64,000 nt of DNA from positions 1-64,000 of the forward strand of contig LWCA01000020.1 of assembly GCA_001642005.1 (NCBI GenBank), written 5' to 3'. The notes under the pieces were generated by a model that did not search any database, was not told where the DNA came from, and saw only the letters and a program-made list of their open reading frames with translations. A program made the translations under genes and the position numbers. How positions within the stretch are numbered: position 1 is the stretch's first letter; each line of letters begins with the position of its first letter. Positions 37,001 through 52,000 of this stretch are shown one piece after another. Source of the DNA: Intoshia linei (taxonomy: Eukaryota > Animalia > Orthonectida).

Positions 37001-40000
37001 TTTTTGAACCATATTAAATTAAATTAAGTAAAGTTTTATTATTGAATTTATTTTTTAAGTATAAAAAAAAAATAAAAATTCGCACTCGGCAGAGCTAGGA
37101 TGTATAGATGCATGTATAATATATACATTATATATATGTTGCATAGAATGTGTACAACTGTGAAATGTACACATTCCACCGACAAGTCGTAGAATGTATA
37201 AAATTTTCATTTATATTTTAATTTTAGTTTAATTTTGGGTTTTAGAAATTTTTTTGAACCAAACTTGCAAGGGGGTTTCTAAGATTTTTTTTAGCCAAAC
37301 TATAAAGTTGTCTTTAAGTTTGGTGTAAAAAAAATTTCCTAGAGATTCCCCTTCAAATTTGGTTTAAAAAATATTCCTAAAAACCCCCCATAAAGTTTGG
37401 TTCAAACAAATTTCTAAAAAATCCCTCTTGAAAGTTTTGTTCAAAAAAAAATCTTAAAAACCTTATTGAATGTTTGGTTCAAAAAAAACTATTAAAACCC
37501 CTTGAATTTATGGTTTAAAACAAAAAATCTTAAAAACCCCATTGAATGTTTAGTTCAAAAAAAAATCTTAAAAACCCCATTGAAAGTTTAATTCTAAAAA
37601 ATTTCTAATAAAATATTATATTACATATCATACTAGCTTGACTCTTATGTACTTCGTACAAACAGCGTCCTAGCTCTGCCGAGGGCAAATTTTTATATTT
37701 TTTTTATACCTAAAAAATAAATTCAATAATAAAACATTACTTAAAAATGCTAAACTCACTATTATCAATCTTTTAAACTTAAACTTTCAAGGAGTGGTTT
37801 CTAAATTTGAATTTCAAATTACCTATTAATTTAAAGTGAATTATTCCCATTTAATGTTATTTTGTTAGCATTTGTGTAAAGAATTTAAAAAAAAAAAATA
37901 TATATATATTTTAGATGGTACCCGGCTGTAATAAATTTATTTATTGTCAACAAAACGTTTAAAAAATTAAACAGAAGAAAACAATCGGCTATATTTAATT
38001 GTGTCAACACTTTAATAGCAAATAAGGTAAATTTAAAAGTAAAGCATAATAATAATGTAGATTCGCAATCTATTGAACAACAGTATGGATGAATTAAAAG
38101 ATTTATTCAAAATTGAAAATTTCAAAAAAACAAAGTATTTTCAAGATAAAGAAAAAAGTTCATCAATGTATTTTGGAGAAACTGTGGTACCTCAATTAAA
38201 AGTGGATCTAATGTTTGAAAAGAATGATATCATGTTCTACCCGTTACTCGATGATATTATACAAGTTTATCATGAAGTTGTAGATATAATATGCAGTACA
38301 ATGCAAAATGTAGCGCAAATAAAATCATGGTTATCGGGAACTTCTCCACCTTTGCTAATCAAAACAAGTATTGGTAAAAATACTGTCGATGAACTTAAAA
38401 AATACCTTTCCAGTGTTTTAACCTATTATTTTGAACAACCTACCAAACAAATGAATGTTTACAGTAATATTGATACATATTTTATTTTTAATATTTGAGA
38501 AAATTTTTTGGCCACCAAGGAATTCAGGTGGTCTTCCGATGAATTCTATAGCCCTTTGAGAAAAAGAAAATTTAAATTTTTATTTAATTATTACAATAAT
38601 ATAGTTTTATAAAAATATGTTATAAACGTTATAAACATATAATTCAACGTTCACGGGCTATAGAAGCTGCATGCATTTCAAAAATGTATACATTATAAAT
38701 CTAAGTTTTACTTTTATTAATATTTAATAAAAGATGTTCAATAAAAATAGGTGTCGTTTGCCACACGCCTTTCATCGATCAACATTGTAAAAATGTTGGA
38801 AAACCCTTTTTTTAAGCTGAAAGTACATAGGGCAGTGATTTCCAACCCATTTTGGTTGGCGACACACCAATATAATAATATACTATTGATCTGTTGAAAC
38901 GAAATTTTTTCTAATAATAATCTCAAAATAAATATAAAATTATTGCTCCACTCAAGGACAGCTTAAATCTTAGTTTAAGTTAAAAGTTAAAAGGTTAGTT
39001 AAAGGTTTTTAGTTTAAAGTTTTAAGCTGTCCTTGCTCCACTATAGATCAAAAATAATTATATATGTAATGTTATTAAAAACATGTATAAATTGAAAAAA
39101 GTGTGAATAAAAGTGAACCAATACAAAAATAATGAGACCATTTCAAATACATGTATAATGTAAATGTTTATATCTAATAAATTACAAAATTAATGAAAGA
39201 TTTGTGATTGTTTAGATGAACATATTCTTTTAATATATTTATATATAACATAAAATCACATTTGAATAAACGAAATTTAAATTATTGTTTCATTATTTCA
39301 AAAATATGCGGGAACTACATTAAAAGGTGTATTTGATGACTAATTTGATGTTTCATTTATTGATTTTGACTGTAAAATAATCATTTTGGTGATGAATTTA
39401 ATCAAATTTAGTAAGAAATAACCCTATTTTAGTTATGTAAAAATTTTATTTTCATTTGCAAATCATTTATGCTATTTAGAAACACAAATTTTATTGAATC
39501 ACACTATAATATTTACATTATTACTGTTAATATTTTACAAATTTTACAAAGTTGGGCGATACACTGGTTGGAAAGAACTGACATAGGGTGTGAGAGATAA
39601 ATTTTTATTAAGTTAGGTCGGTGCGGTTTAAACTTTGCGACCCACTTTAAAATAAAATCAATGTATCATTCGATTTGTGCTAATATATCTAATTTTATAG
39701 AAGAAACTTTTAAAGCGTTAATTAATGGAGATGAGCAAACAAAAGTGAATGTTTTTGTAAGCAAAAAGAGATTGTTTGATGAATATAAGCAAGTAACATC
39801 TTTAACAATTTAAATACAATATGTAATTATAATTATTATTATTATTTCAATTATTAGATTGTACAATCTTTAAAGGATAAACAAGACGATGTTTATAGAT
39901 TCAACAGCATTTATTATTATTTCATGGTACGAATGGATGTTCAAATATTGCACGATACGCTTTTGTTGAAAATTCGAAAGCTAAAAACCACTTGCTTAGA

Positions 40001-43000
40001 ATCTATGGAACAGTATCATATGATTAAATGCACTGAAATTATCAGAGATTTTGAAAATTTCGAAAAAAAATCTCTAACTAAACCAGAGAATACTTTTGAA
40101 TTGATGGATCTCAACAAATTTGTTGAAGATGTGCGATTAAAAAAAATGAAAAGGATTAAAAAAGATATTAATGTATTTTATTATACATGTATAGTAGGGT
40201 GCGACATTTTTTAGAAATTTAGAGCATTTAAGGGGTAATTAGGACTAAATACGTGTATTTTTAAAATAGAAAAAATATTTAGCAATCAAAAATATATAAC
40301 GCTGTATATTCGAAGAAAAAAGTAGATGTAATGGTATATCCATGTTTAATTCTTTATTACCTTGGATTATAGGAATTTCTGTATTTCAAATGTGTATACA
40401 GTTAATTCCAATTTTTTTTTGAAATTTTAATGAAATTTACGATAAATTTCATTTTTAATTTAACATTGTAAATCAACAAATTTGAAAAATATTAGTTACA
40501 ATATATATTATATTTAAAGTTATTTTTCACCGGCAATGCGTAGATTTCAGGGGTTGAAATTTTGTATCTATAACAAATGGAATAAGCTGTATAAAAAAAT
40601 CTTTTTTTAAATTCTAAGACCCTTACTATTTCATTATTTCAAATGTTTTGTTTTGTTAATAAAATAACTAAATAATTTCCAAAAAAAAAGGAAATCATAA
40701 ATTTTCTATTCTACCATCAAGGTTAATTTTTGATATTAACATTTTTTATGTATGTTAACTGGAAAAAGCTGTATTTAATTTAATCTTTTTTAAAATGCTA
40801 ATTATATTATATATTATTAATATTAATATGCTAATCATTTGTGGTTTTGCCCGTGAAAATAAGGGATCGCTGTATATAAGTAAAAATTAGAGATATTCCA
40901 TTTATACTTTTTTATTGCAGAATGATAAAGAACCATATATCGTTTAAGACACTTAATAGATTCTGAAACATATATTAACACATTGGAAGCGTATAATAAC
41001 ATTTTCATTTAGTTTAACCCCATTTTTATCGTATTTTTTATTTTTAGTTGAAAGTTTCAACTTGAAATCCCCTTAGAAAGCAATCATGACCAAGATAATT
41101 ATTTTTTAATTTTTGAGCTAACTTCCTAACTAAGAAGTATGTGTTACTTTATATTTATAATGAAATTGTTAGAAATCTGTTGAAAGAATGAGATATCTCT
41201 TATGTGAACACATTTTGCCTGAATCTAGTATGGAGATTAATACGACATTATTGAATTGGCCTGGAAAAGTAAATGCTATATTGGACAAAAATGATGAGGT
41301 AATAATAATGATAAAATGTAAATATATTATATTAAATATAATGTAGATTTATAAAAATCTTTTAGATTGTTAAAGTAGCCCAAGAATTGGGTGAAGAATT
41401 ATTGGAACACCGAAAAGAAAAAACAATATTGGAAATAAACAAAATGATGCAAAGATGTGGTGAATTTGTAGATATGGGTGATATTTCCATGTGCTCTCAA
41501 TATTTAAATGACGTGAGATATGTGCAAAAAAAAATTTCTGAATTAACAGAAGATACTAATCAAATTAACACTGAAAAAATTTTATACAAACAACAGCCAA
41601 CTGAATTTAACGAACTTGATCAAATGACTGATATTATCGATCCATATTATATTTTATTTTCTCTAGTTTTTAAATGGCAACGCTCTGAAAAGAAATGGAT
41701 GGATGGTTCTTTCAATGATTTAAGTGCTGATAGCATAAGGTTTTATTGTCTTTATATATTATTACTAGCTTGACTGTTATGTACTACGTACAAACAGCAC
41801 CTAGCTCTGCCGAGGACACATTTTTATTATACCAAAAAAATAAATTCACGTTGAAAATCTAACTTAAAAATTCCGAAGGAATGAATTATATAGATTTTCA
41901 CCAATATTTCTTTATTGGAAATGTGTAGATGTTCACTGCACATTTTTTTTTTAATTGTAGGATCAATATTTACATTTTCAATTTTTATTTTAATCGAAAT
42001 ATTTGAAAAATATTGGTTGATAATATATTAAAAACTATTTTTCATCTAGAATGCGTACATTTCTCGGGTTGAACTTTTGTATTTATATTAACTGGAATAA
42101 GCTCTATCAGAATAATTTTTTTTTTTTAATTTTCAGACCGTTAATTATTTCACATTTTTTGTTTTAATAAAATATTTCGAAAAAAATACTAAATGACTAA
42201 TGACTAATAACTAATGAATACTAAAATGTTTTTTTGACCGTAAAGTCGTCACTTATTCGGATTGAAATTTTATGTGTGTAAACAGGATACAACTTTACAT
42301 TTTGTAAATTTTTTGAAATTCTAGGGCTGTTTTCATTAAAAAAAGAAGGGTAATTTGGGGTTTTGGCTCCTGAAGATATTTTTTTTAAATTTAAATTCAT
42401 CATAATGTTTATGATTTTAAAATCCGTATCAGTCATAATTTTTTTAAATTCTCTAACTCGTTTAATTTTCAAAAACAAAAGACAACTGGGGTTTTTAACC
42501 CGTAAGATGCAAAATTGGTAGGTTGAAATTTATCTTAATATACGTCCCGGATAAAACTGTAATTGAAATGTGGTCTTTAAAAAATTCTAAGACTGGTAGT
42601 TATTTAAATAAAGCGTAACACACACAAACAAAAATCGCGTAGCATAAAGTTAATAATTATTATATAAGTTAGGATTATTATTATAAGTTTACATGTGTTT
42701 TTTTAGTTTGGAAGTTGAAGAATTTTTAAATGATTTGTTTAAGATTCGAAAAGTTTTTCAAAAGGAATACAGACGGCGAAAAGCTGAAGTAGATGAACTA
42801 AAACGTGCAGCCAATCGCGCCAAACGTCGAAAATCAAAAGACTTGACTCAAACCAATGTTGACGAAGTTAAACCACCAGCATCACTAACTATTTGTGATC
42901 GCATTTCTGATGCTATTGAACAATTTCAAGAAAAAATTAGTGTTATTGAAATAATGTGTAATCCTGGTATTAGACAGAGACATTGGAATGTAATAATTTT

Positions 43001-46000
43001 ATTTTTTTTGGTAGTGTTTTGAACTTTTTTTATTGTAGTAATGTAGTGTTTTTTGATAGTGGTAAGAACTGTTTCTTCCTTAATGTTTGGCATTTGATTT
43101 ACTCAAATTTGATTTTTTGTTCGGAGCTCATGGTACAATGTACATTAGGGCAGTTTCGAATCTACTGTATTTGAGACCCTCTTCGAGTACCTCAACGAAT
43201 TTTTTGTAAAATGGCTTCACATCTCAACGGGTCTGGACTGGACAATTTCAAAAATATATTTTTTTAAATACTCAATTTAGAAAAATAAGGCCCCTTTTTA
43301 TAAAAACTGCGTTATACTCACCCAATGCCAAACCTACAGTACCCGATATCCTCTTGTACTATTAGTTGAAAAATAAACAATATTTTTTAATAGAGAATGA
43401 CGGAAATATCAACAATCAATATGACACCAGATTCTGGAACAACGTTAAGAAAAATTTTAAAATTAGAATTGGACCCATATATGGAAGAATTTGAACAAAT
43501 TAGCATAGCTGCTTCAAAGGTAATTTTTAATTTCACGAATCGTTTACAAAATTACATCCTATTTATTGATATTTATAATTATAAAAGCATGTCTATTTAA
43601 ATCCAAGCATTTTAACTATAATCTGACCATTTTTACTAAAAATCAAAATTTAACAATGCTTTAGGGAAAATTCCTGTTTTACCTAACCCTATAGGAAAAA
43701 TCCCACTTTTACCAACTTTTTAGGGAAAATCTAATTTCACCAACCCTTAGGAGAAAAATTAAGTCTTACCAACCCTAAAACGAAAAAATGCAGTTAAGGT
43801 TTTACCTTTTAGGGTTGGATTATATGGGTTATAAAAATGGATTTTTCGTTTTAGGGTTAGTAAAATTGGATTTTCCCTAAAAAGTTAGTAAAAGTGGGAT
43901 TTTTCCTTAAGGGTTGGTAAAATTGGAATTTTCCCTAAAGAGATTGTAAAAGTGGGTTTTTTCCTTAATAGTTGGTAAAATTGGAATTTTTTTTTTTAAG
44001 ATTGGTAAAAGTGGATTTTTAGTAAAAATGGTTGGATTCAAAAATATTCTCATTACAAAATATACAACAGAATCGATAAGACAAGTATCGTGTGATGGAT
44101 TGTAGTTGACTCGTATTTTTAAATTTTTATTAATATATTAGCCCACCGTCACATTTTGAATATAAATTTCGGCTTACCTAAAAAATTTTTTTTAATGATT
44201 TATAGTGACAATGTGATATATACAGATTTTAATAACTAAAAAAATTATTAATTCATTTTATTTCATTATGTTAAATAAATAATAATTATTATTATTATAT
44301 TATTTTTATGGAAATAAATGTGATTATTTGTAGGAACATTCTTTGGAAAGAAATATGGTTAAAATGAATGATGAATGGGAGGAAGTGTATTTTGGTTTAG
44401 GAAATTACAGAGAATCTGAAATTTCAATACTATCATCAGTAGATGATATTCAATTATTACTAGAGGATCAAATAATTAAAACACAAACAATGAGAGGTTC
44501 ACCGTTTATTAAACCATTTCAAGTTGAAATAAAAGTAATTTTACTAATTTTAAATTTAAATGGTGGATTTCCGGTCGGTTCCGTGATTGTTATGAAATTC
44601 CATAATCACGGAACAGGTATTAAAAATATACAAACTTGTCAAAACAGATATATTCTAATAAAAGTATAATAAAATCTAATGTAATTCATACAAATCTATG
44701 TTAAAACGTTATGTACAAACTTATGTATATCTACGTAGGAATGGGAAATGAAACTTATTCGAATGCAAAATACAATTGATCAATGGTTAAAGGTTGATTT
44801 TTAAATATTAAAAATTAAAAATATTTATATATTAAGGTTCAATCTCAATGGTTGTATTTGGAACCCATTTTTTGTAGTGCTGACATCATGTCCCAAATGC
44901 CTGAAGAAGGTCGTTTATTTAAAACTGTTGACAGAACGTGGCGAGATGTGATGAAAAATACAAAAATTAATTCAAAAGTATAATAATATAATACACGTAT
45001 TAATGTACATTATACATTAAGGGTATTTGGAATAGCCTATTCCAATTTAGACTTTTTTTGAAATTTAAAAAAGACATATACATAATAATCTCTTTTTAAT
45101 ATGCTGCAGAATGATATAATTGTTTTTATTTTTGTCACAAAAAACCCCCGCGTCTTTACCTTTTTCTGTTTTCCTAACATTTTTCATAAAAGAAAAATAT
45201 GGCAACATTCTTTATCCCGTAGTTGCCATGCATTTGTTATAATTCTAAGATAAAACATATATCATGTGACACTTATCATATTAATTAAAAAATATCACTA
45301 AAAAATCGTTTATTTTAGACACAGTTCACGGACAAACTTTTCGTCATCTTTAAAAAAATTATATTTAAAAAACAGACACTAATTTATATGAACTGGGTCA
45401 TAATATTTTAAATTCTTCTACTCAAGTATTTTTTATGTACTATTGTAAAAAAATAATTTTGTCAAGTTAATAAAATTAAAAGTAACACGAATTTAAAAAT
45501 GATGAAATAATTGAAATGTGGTCTTTAAAAAATTCTAAGGGTGGTAGTTATTTCAATAAAGTCAGACACACAGACAGACAGACACACAAACAACAATCGC
45601 GTAGCATATTATATAAGTTAGGATATATTATCTTTATCATATTAAAAAAAATTATTTATTTTACTATAAATAGGTTATTCATGCCGCAACTTTGCCGAAT
45701 CTATTGGAACGGTTGACTGATGCTAATGTTTTGTTGGAAAAAATAAATAAAGGATTAAATAATTATTTGGAAAATAAAAGATTATATTTTTCAAGGTTTT
45801 TTAACTTTATTTAAGAAGTCCCATGCAGTCTCAATCTACCATATCTAGATTCCTCTTTGGTGAATCGATGAAATTTTAGTAAAATGGGCCTCATTATTCG
45901 AAATTGAGTATTAAAAAAATGTATTCATGAATATCATAATTATTTTGTGCATTGAATTTAAAATGTAAAGCCAAGACCCTTGGATAGGTGGATATGGGTA

Positions 46001-49000
46001 TCTGACACTACGTATCGTTAGCAAAAAAAAATTGGGCCTAATTTTGTTTTTTGGGTGGCCTCCAGTTTGGAAAGTTTTGCTCTGGTCTCATAGACTAATT
46101 ATTAGTCTTATAAGAAGATTGTCAGAGAATTATAAAACACATTAAGTAATATAATATTGTTAGATTGATATACTCAATTTCTCGATCATATTTTTATCAA
46201 AGGTGCATTTTTCACGAAATCTAAATGGTTTTAGAGACAATCTTCTGATAAAATTTACAAATTTAAATTTGAATTAATTTTTATTTTAAATTTAAATTTT
46301 AGATTTTTTTTCTTATCAAATGATGAAATGCTTGAAATATTATCAGAAACAAAAGACCCGAAACGTGTTCAACCTCATTGTAACTCAAAATTTTATAATT
46401 TTATAATAATGTTTAGTGAAAAAATGTTTTGAAGGAATTGATAAATTACAATTTGATAAAGACATGGATATATTGGCAATGATTAGCAGTGAAGGAGAAA
46501 AAATTAAATTGAGTATTATATTATTATATATAACTACATACAATGTATATAATATATTGTATATTACGTTGATTACGCTATAATTAATAACGAAAAATTA
46601 GGTATTAAAGTGTCCACATCTGCGACAAAAGGTTTAGTTGAAAAATGGCTTCTTCTAGTACAAGAATCAATGTTATTGTCAATTCATGATGTTATAAATC
46701 AAGCCAGAATTGTATTGAATTAACAATCCATTTTCTATTTTTTTAACATTTTTAGGCATACACTGAAAACGAAAGATGTGACTGGGTTCGTGTATGGCCA
46801 GGTCAAATTGTTTTATGTGTATCTCAAATTTATTGGAGTGCCGACATTGAAGCTATTTTAATTGACGGTGGTGATAAAAAGGGCATTATAAATTATGGAA
46901 AGCAATTGGATGAACAGCTTAATGATATTGTAAATCTTGTCAGAGGAAAATTAAATAAACAAGAAAGGATCACACTAGGTAAATTTAAACAAATTTGACT
47001 TTATATAAGATTCTGATACTTTGATTATGACACTTTAATTAGTTTTTACTATCCCATTTTGTGTCGCGTGCATTTTTTATTTTTTTTATTAATTTTTTTA
47101 TATTAATTGAAAGTGAGCTAATTCACAAAATTAAAAAGGTCGACCCACCGATTCAATATCGTTGTTTAAATATTATGTAATGTAATTCAGGAGCACTGGT
47201 TGTCATTGATGTTCACGCAAGAGATGTTCTTTATGATTTGGTGAATAAAAACGTCACGAATGAATTAGATTTTAATTGGTTATGTCAACTGAGGTATTAT
47301 TGGGAAGACAAGTGCACTGTTAAAATAGTTAATGCCATGATGAATTATGGATGTGAATATTTGGGAAATAGGTACATTATCATTTATAAAACAAAACAGA
47401 TTATAAAGTTAAAAAAACTAAGTCTAAAATCTAACTTAAAAATCCTACTATTCACTATTATCAATCCGCTCAAGAAGTGGTTTCCAAACTTGTTTGAGAT
47501 GGAAGCGTCATATCACATTATTTTTTACTATAAAGTGAATTAATCCATCTTAATTTTTTGTTTGTTAACATTTGCGTAAAGTATTTTAAAAAAAATTGTT
47601 ATCCCATTTTTATATTTATTAGATAGAATGTGTGTATAATATAAAAATAAAGTAAAAACAGTCCAATCCTAAAAATTGTCATAAATAGCATAAATTCCAG
47701 AAAAAATAAAATTAAGAAACCTATTTTGTCATTTTCAATGTGATGACATATATTCAGTATCAATTTAATAAATAAATCCTAAAAATTGTCATAAATAGCA
47801 TAAATTCCAGAAAAAATAAAATTATAAACTATTTTGCCATTTTCAATGTGATGATATATATTCAGTACCAATTTAATAAATACTTAAAATTACCAATTAT
47901 GTATCAATAATTAACGGAATCTTCACTTTATAAACATATTTCAGACAAATTTTACTAATATTGCATAGGATTGTAATATAATAAAAATAAAAATAGCAAA
48001 GTTGTATTACTTTTAGTTTCGTTGTTGTAGTTTAAATTTGAAATAAAATGTTGTGAAAATGAGAATTTGAAATTTAAAAATTGCGTAGCAATGAAAAAAA
48101 TTCTGAAGGAATGAATTATATAAATTTTCATTCATATTTCTTTATTACAAATGTGTAGACGTTCAATTCACATTTTTTTTGAAATTTTAGAATCAATATT
48201 TACATTTTCAATTTTTATTTTAATCGAAATATTTGAAAAATGTTGGTTGATAATATATTAAAAAATTTTTTTTATTGGGAATGCGTAGATTTCAGGGGTT
48301 GAAATTTTGTATTTATGTTAACTGGAATAAGCTCTATCCAAATAAACTTTTTTTTAATTTTTGGACCGTTAATTATTTCACATTTTTTGTTTTAATAAAA
48401 AAAATAGTTTGGAAAAAAAAAATATGAATATTAAAATGCTTTTTTGGTCTTGAAGGCGTCATTTATTCATATTGAAATTTTTTGTTGTTGTTAACAGGAA
48501 TTGGAACCTGTAAATTTTTTTAAATTGTAGGGCTGTTATTATTAAAAAAAAAGGATAATTTGTGGTTTTGGCCCTGAAAATATAATTTTTTTAAATTTAA
48601 ATTTATGATAATGTTTATGATTTTAAAATCCGTATCAGCGTATATATTTTTTTAAATTCTCCAACTTGTTTAATTTTCAAAAAGAGGAACAACTGGGGTT
48701 TTTAACTCGTAAGGTATGAAATTGAGAGGTTGAAATTTATCTTATTAAACGTCCAAGAAAAAACTGTAATTGAAATGTGGTTTTTAAAAAATTCTAAGAG
48801 TAGTAGTTATTTCAATAAAGTGGAACACACAGACAGACACACACACACAAACAAAAATCGCGTAGCATATTATAATATAACTAACTTATATAATTATATA
48901 AGTTAGAATTTACGAGCTGATTTTTTAAATTTTCTAATAAAAAAACGAATAACCGCATTAATTCATAAGTTAGTGATCCCTCTTAATAAAAAAACTTACT

Positions 49001-52000
49001 GTATTATTAGTCATTAGAATAGTTCACACTTAAAAATGAATGACTACATATATATTTAATATTTAGTGGTCGATTAGTCATCACGCCGTTGACGGATCGA
49101 TGCTATAGAACACTTATGGGAGCTTACCAACTTAATTTGAATGGGTAAATTTTAAAACCTTGTTGGATTATTTTCTTTACATATATATAAAAATATTTTT
49201 TTAAATTTATATTGTATAGTGCTCCAGAAGGTCCAGCAGGTACAGGTAAAACTGAAACGACTAAAGATTTGGCTAAAGCAATGGGAGTACATTGCGTTGT
49301 ATTCAATTGCTCCGATGGTTTAGATTACTTGGCAATGGGCAAGGTACATCACTTATTAACATAAACAAATATAATGTAAAAATTAGTTTTTTAAAGGATT
49401 AGCTGCATCTGGTGCATGGGCATGTTTTGACGAATTCAACAGAATAGATTTGGAAGTATTATCTGTAGTAGCGCAACAAGTAATATACATCAATGTATAC
49501 CATAGGTTCTTAATCTGGGTGCGGCAACCCAGTTTTTGGGGTGGCAGAAATTTTTTGAATAAAAATGAGTTTACAGTAGTGTCGTCATATTTCATACGTA
49601 GTAAATACGTTAATATGTTACCTAGAACCAAAATTTCTCATTGTAAAAATTTATTGAGTTGCAAAACAAAGTTATGTCATTTCTACGTATTTGGAAGTTT
49701 TCCAAATCTGTAGATTATCATAAATGCGTATTTATGTAAAGTAGCCAGAAAAAATACGTACTATCAATTTTAGTTTATTTGGTAATAAATTTAAAGCCAA
49801 AAATACTTATCTATGATGACGAATAAAAATGTTCGGCTTAAAATTTATTCCAAATAAACTAAAAGTGATAGTACGTATTTTTCAGGCCACTTTTATTTAT
49901 GGCTATTGGCCACACTACTTTACAGTTATCTTTTTTAAACTTATTTTGAGATTTCAAAAATAAAGTTAAATTAATCTCAAATTCTGTTTATTAATACATA
50001 ACATGTTTATATATGTAATATATGTTTAACATATGTAAAAAAAAGAAATAGAGTGATGGATTCACTAAAATAAATGATATTGAAAAATCCACAAACCACA
50101 GTTTTTTTATGTTCAGAGATTTTTTCTAATTCAAATTTCATCTATAGAGCGATTTTTTTAACCGTAGTTATAATATTACAATTTTTGGGGTACAAAATCG
50201 AATTTTATTGAATTAAGGGTGGCAAATAGCAAAATGTTAAGAATCCATGATGTATACCGTAAAGATGATGGATTTTGTTTTATACTAATTTAATAATTAT
50301 TTTATTATCAATAATATGTTTAATACCTGTTTAATAATATGTTTAGATTCTTTACATTATCCGTGCCATACAAGCAGATTTGAAACGATTTATATTTGAA
50401 GGAACTGAAATTGACTTGAATAAAAACTGTTATGTAGCAATAACAATGAATCCTGGATATGCAGGTCGTAGCGAATTACCTGACAACCTTAAAGCTCTAT
50501 TCCGAACTGTCGCAGTAATATTTTACATTTAACTAAAAAATTAAAAAAATCAAAATTTAAATCAAACTGTTAGATGATGGTTCCAGAATATGCGATGATT
50601 GGAGAAATTATGCTGTATTCTTTTGGATTCATGAATGCACGAAATTTGTCTGTTAAAATTTGCACTACGTATAGATTGTGCTCGGAACAATTATCTACTC
50701 AACCTCATTATGATTATGGCATGAGAGCAGTTAAAGCTGTTTTATCGGCTGCCGGAAACTTAAAATTGAAATTTCCAAATGAAAATGAAGATATCTTGGT
50801 AAAAAAATTTAGTTAATTTTAATTTAATTTAATTAATGTTTAAAAGGTATTTTGATATGTTGATATTTAGTTATTGAGATCGATTAAAGACGTAAACTTG
50901 CCTAAATTTTTATCTCACGATATACCCCTTTTCGATGGAATTATATCGGACCTTTTTCCAGGCATTGATTTGAAAGATGCCGATTATAGTCTATTTTTGA
51001 AAATTGTTAATCGGGTTTGCCAAGAAAATAATATTCAAAATGTGCCATTTTTTCGGCTAAAACTTATTCAATTGTATGAAATGATGATTGTTCGACATGG
51101 GTAATTTCCTTGATTAAAATTATTATATATTAAAATTTATTTATTTATTCAAAATCTATTTTAGTTTTATGCTTGTTGGAGAACCGTTCTCAGCTAAATC
51201 GACATTACTACAAACTATTGCTACAACTCTTACAATAATGAGTCGAGAACAAACTATTTTTGATGAGAATAATCCGAGAGAAGAACCTGTTATTTTTCAA
51301 ATTGTAAATCCAAAATCAGTCGATTTAGGGCAATTGTATGGTAGATTCGACATTGTATCACATGAGGTAATTTAGTTTGTATATATGTGCGTTACAACGT
51401 AAATTTTTTTATATATTTAGTGGTCTGATGGAATAATTTCCAATATTTTTCGAGATTATGCTTCATCGAATAGTAATTTTTTCATTTTTTCTTTGGGTAA
51501 TGTTGGCATATGATAAAATTTAAGTTATCGTTTTGAGGATAAAACCGAATATTAAAATCTTGTTTTTTTTTCTTTTTATTTATCAAATTTCAAAAAGTAG
51601 AGTTGCTAATCTTATTGTTATTTTTATAATTAATATTATTATTAACAGTATTTTATGAATACTAATTAGTAATTAGTAAAATTTAAAATTTACATTAATA
51701 AAATAGGCAATGAACGTAAATGGATAATATTGGATGGTCCAGTTGACGCTGTGTGGATAGAAAGCATGAACACTGTAATTGATGAAATAGTTGTATACCT
51801 TTAGTTCAGTGGTTCCCGATTCAAATTGTGCACCGACCCCATTTCAAAAATTTATTTTTTTGAACTTCAAAAGGAAACATCAAATATATAACATTTATGA
51901 AAAAATTAATGGTTTTTTCTCATAAGATTTGGTAAATTAGTGTTTTCAAAAAAATATTGGAAAAAAGATATTTTTCCTTAATTTAGGTTGGTAAAATTTC

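Noticed and set aside
36790-37610. CRISPR-like periodic array
   Set aside because: There are no unique spacers and the units are degenerate tandem repeats in a eukaryotic intron.
43660-43920. TTAGGG/CCCTAA telomere-like motifs
   Set aside because: They are isolated motifs inside a 30-bp minisatellite unit, not tandem telomeric repeats.
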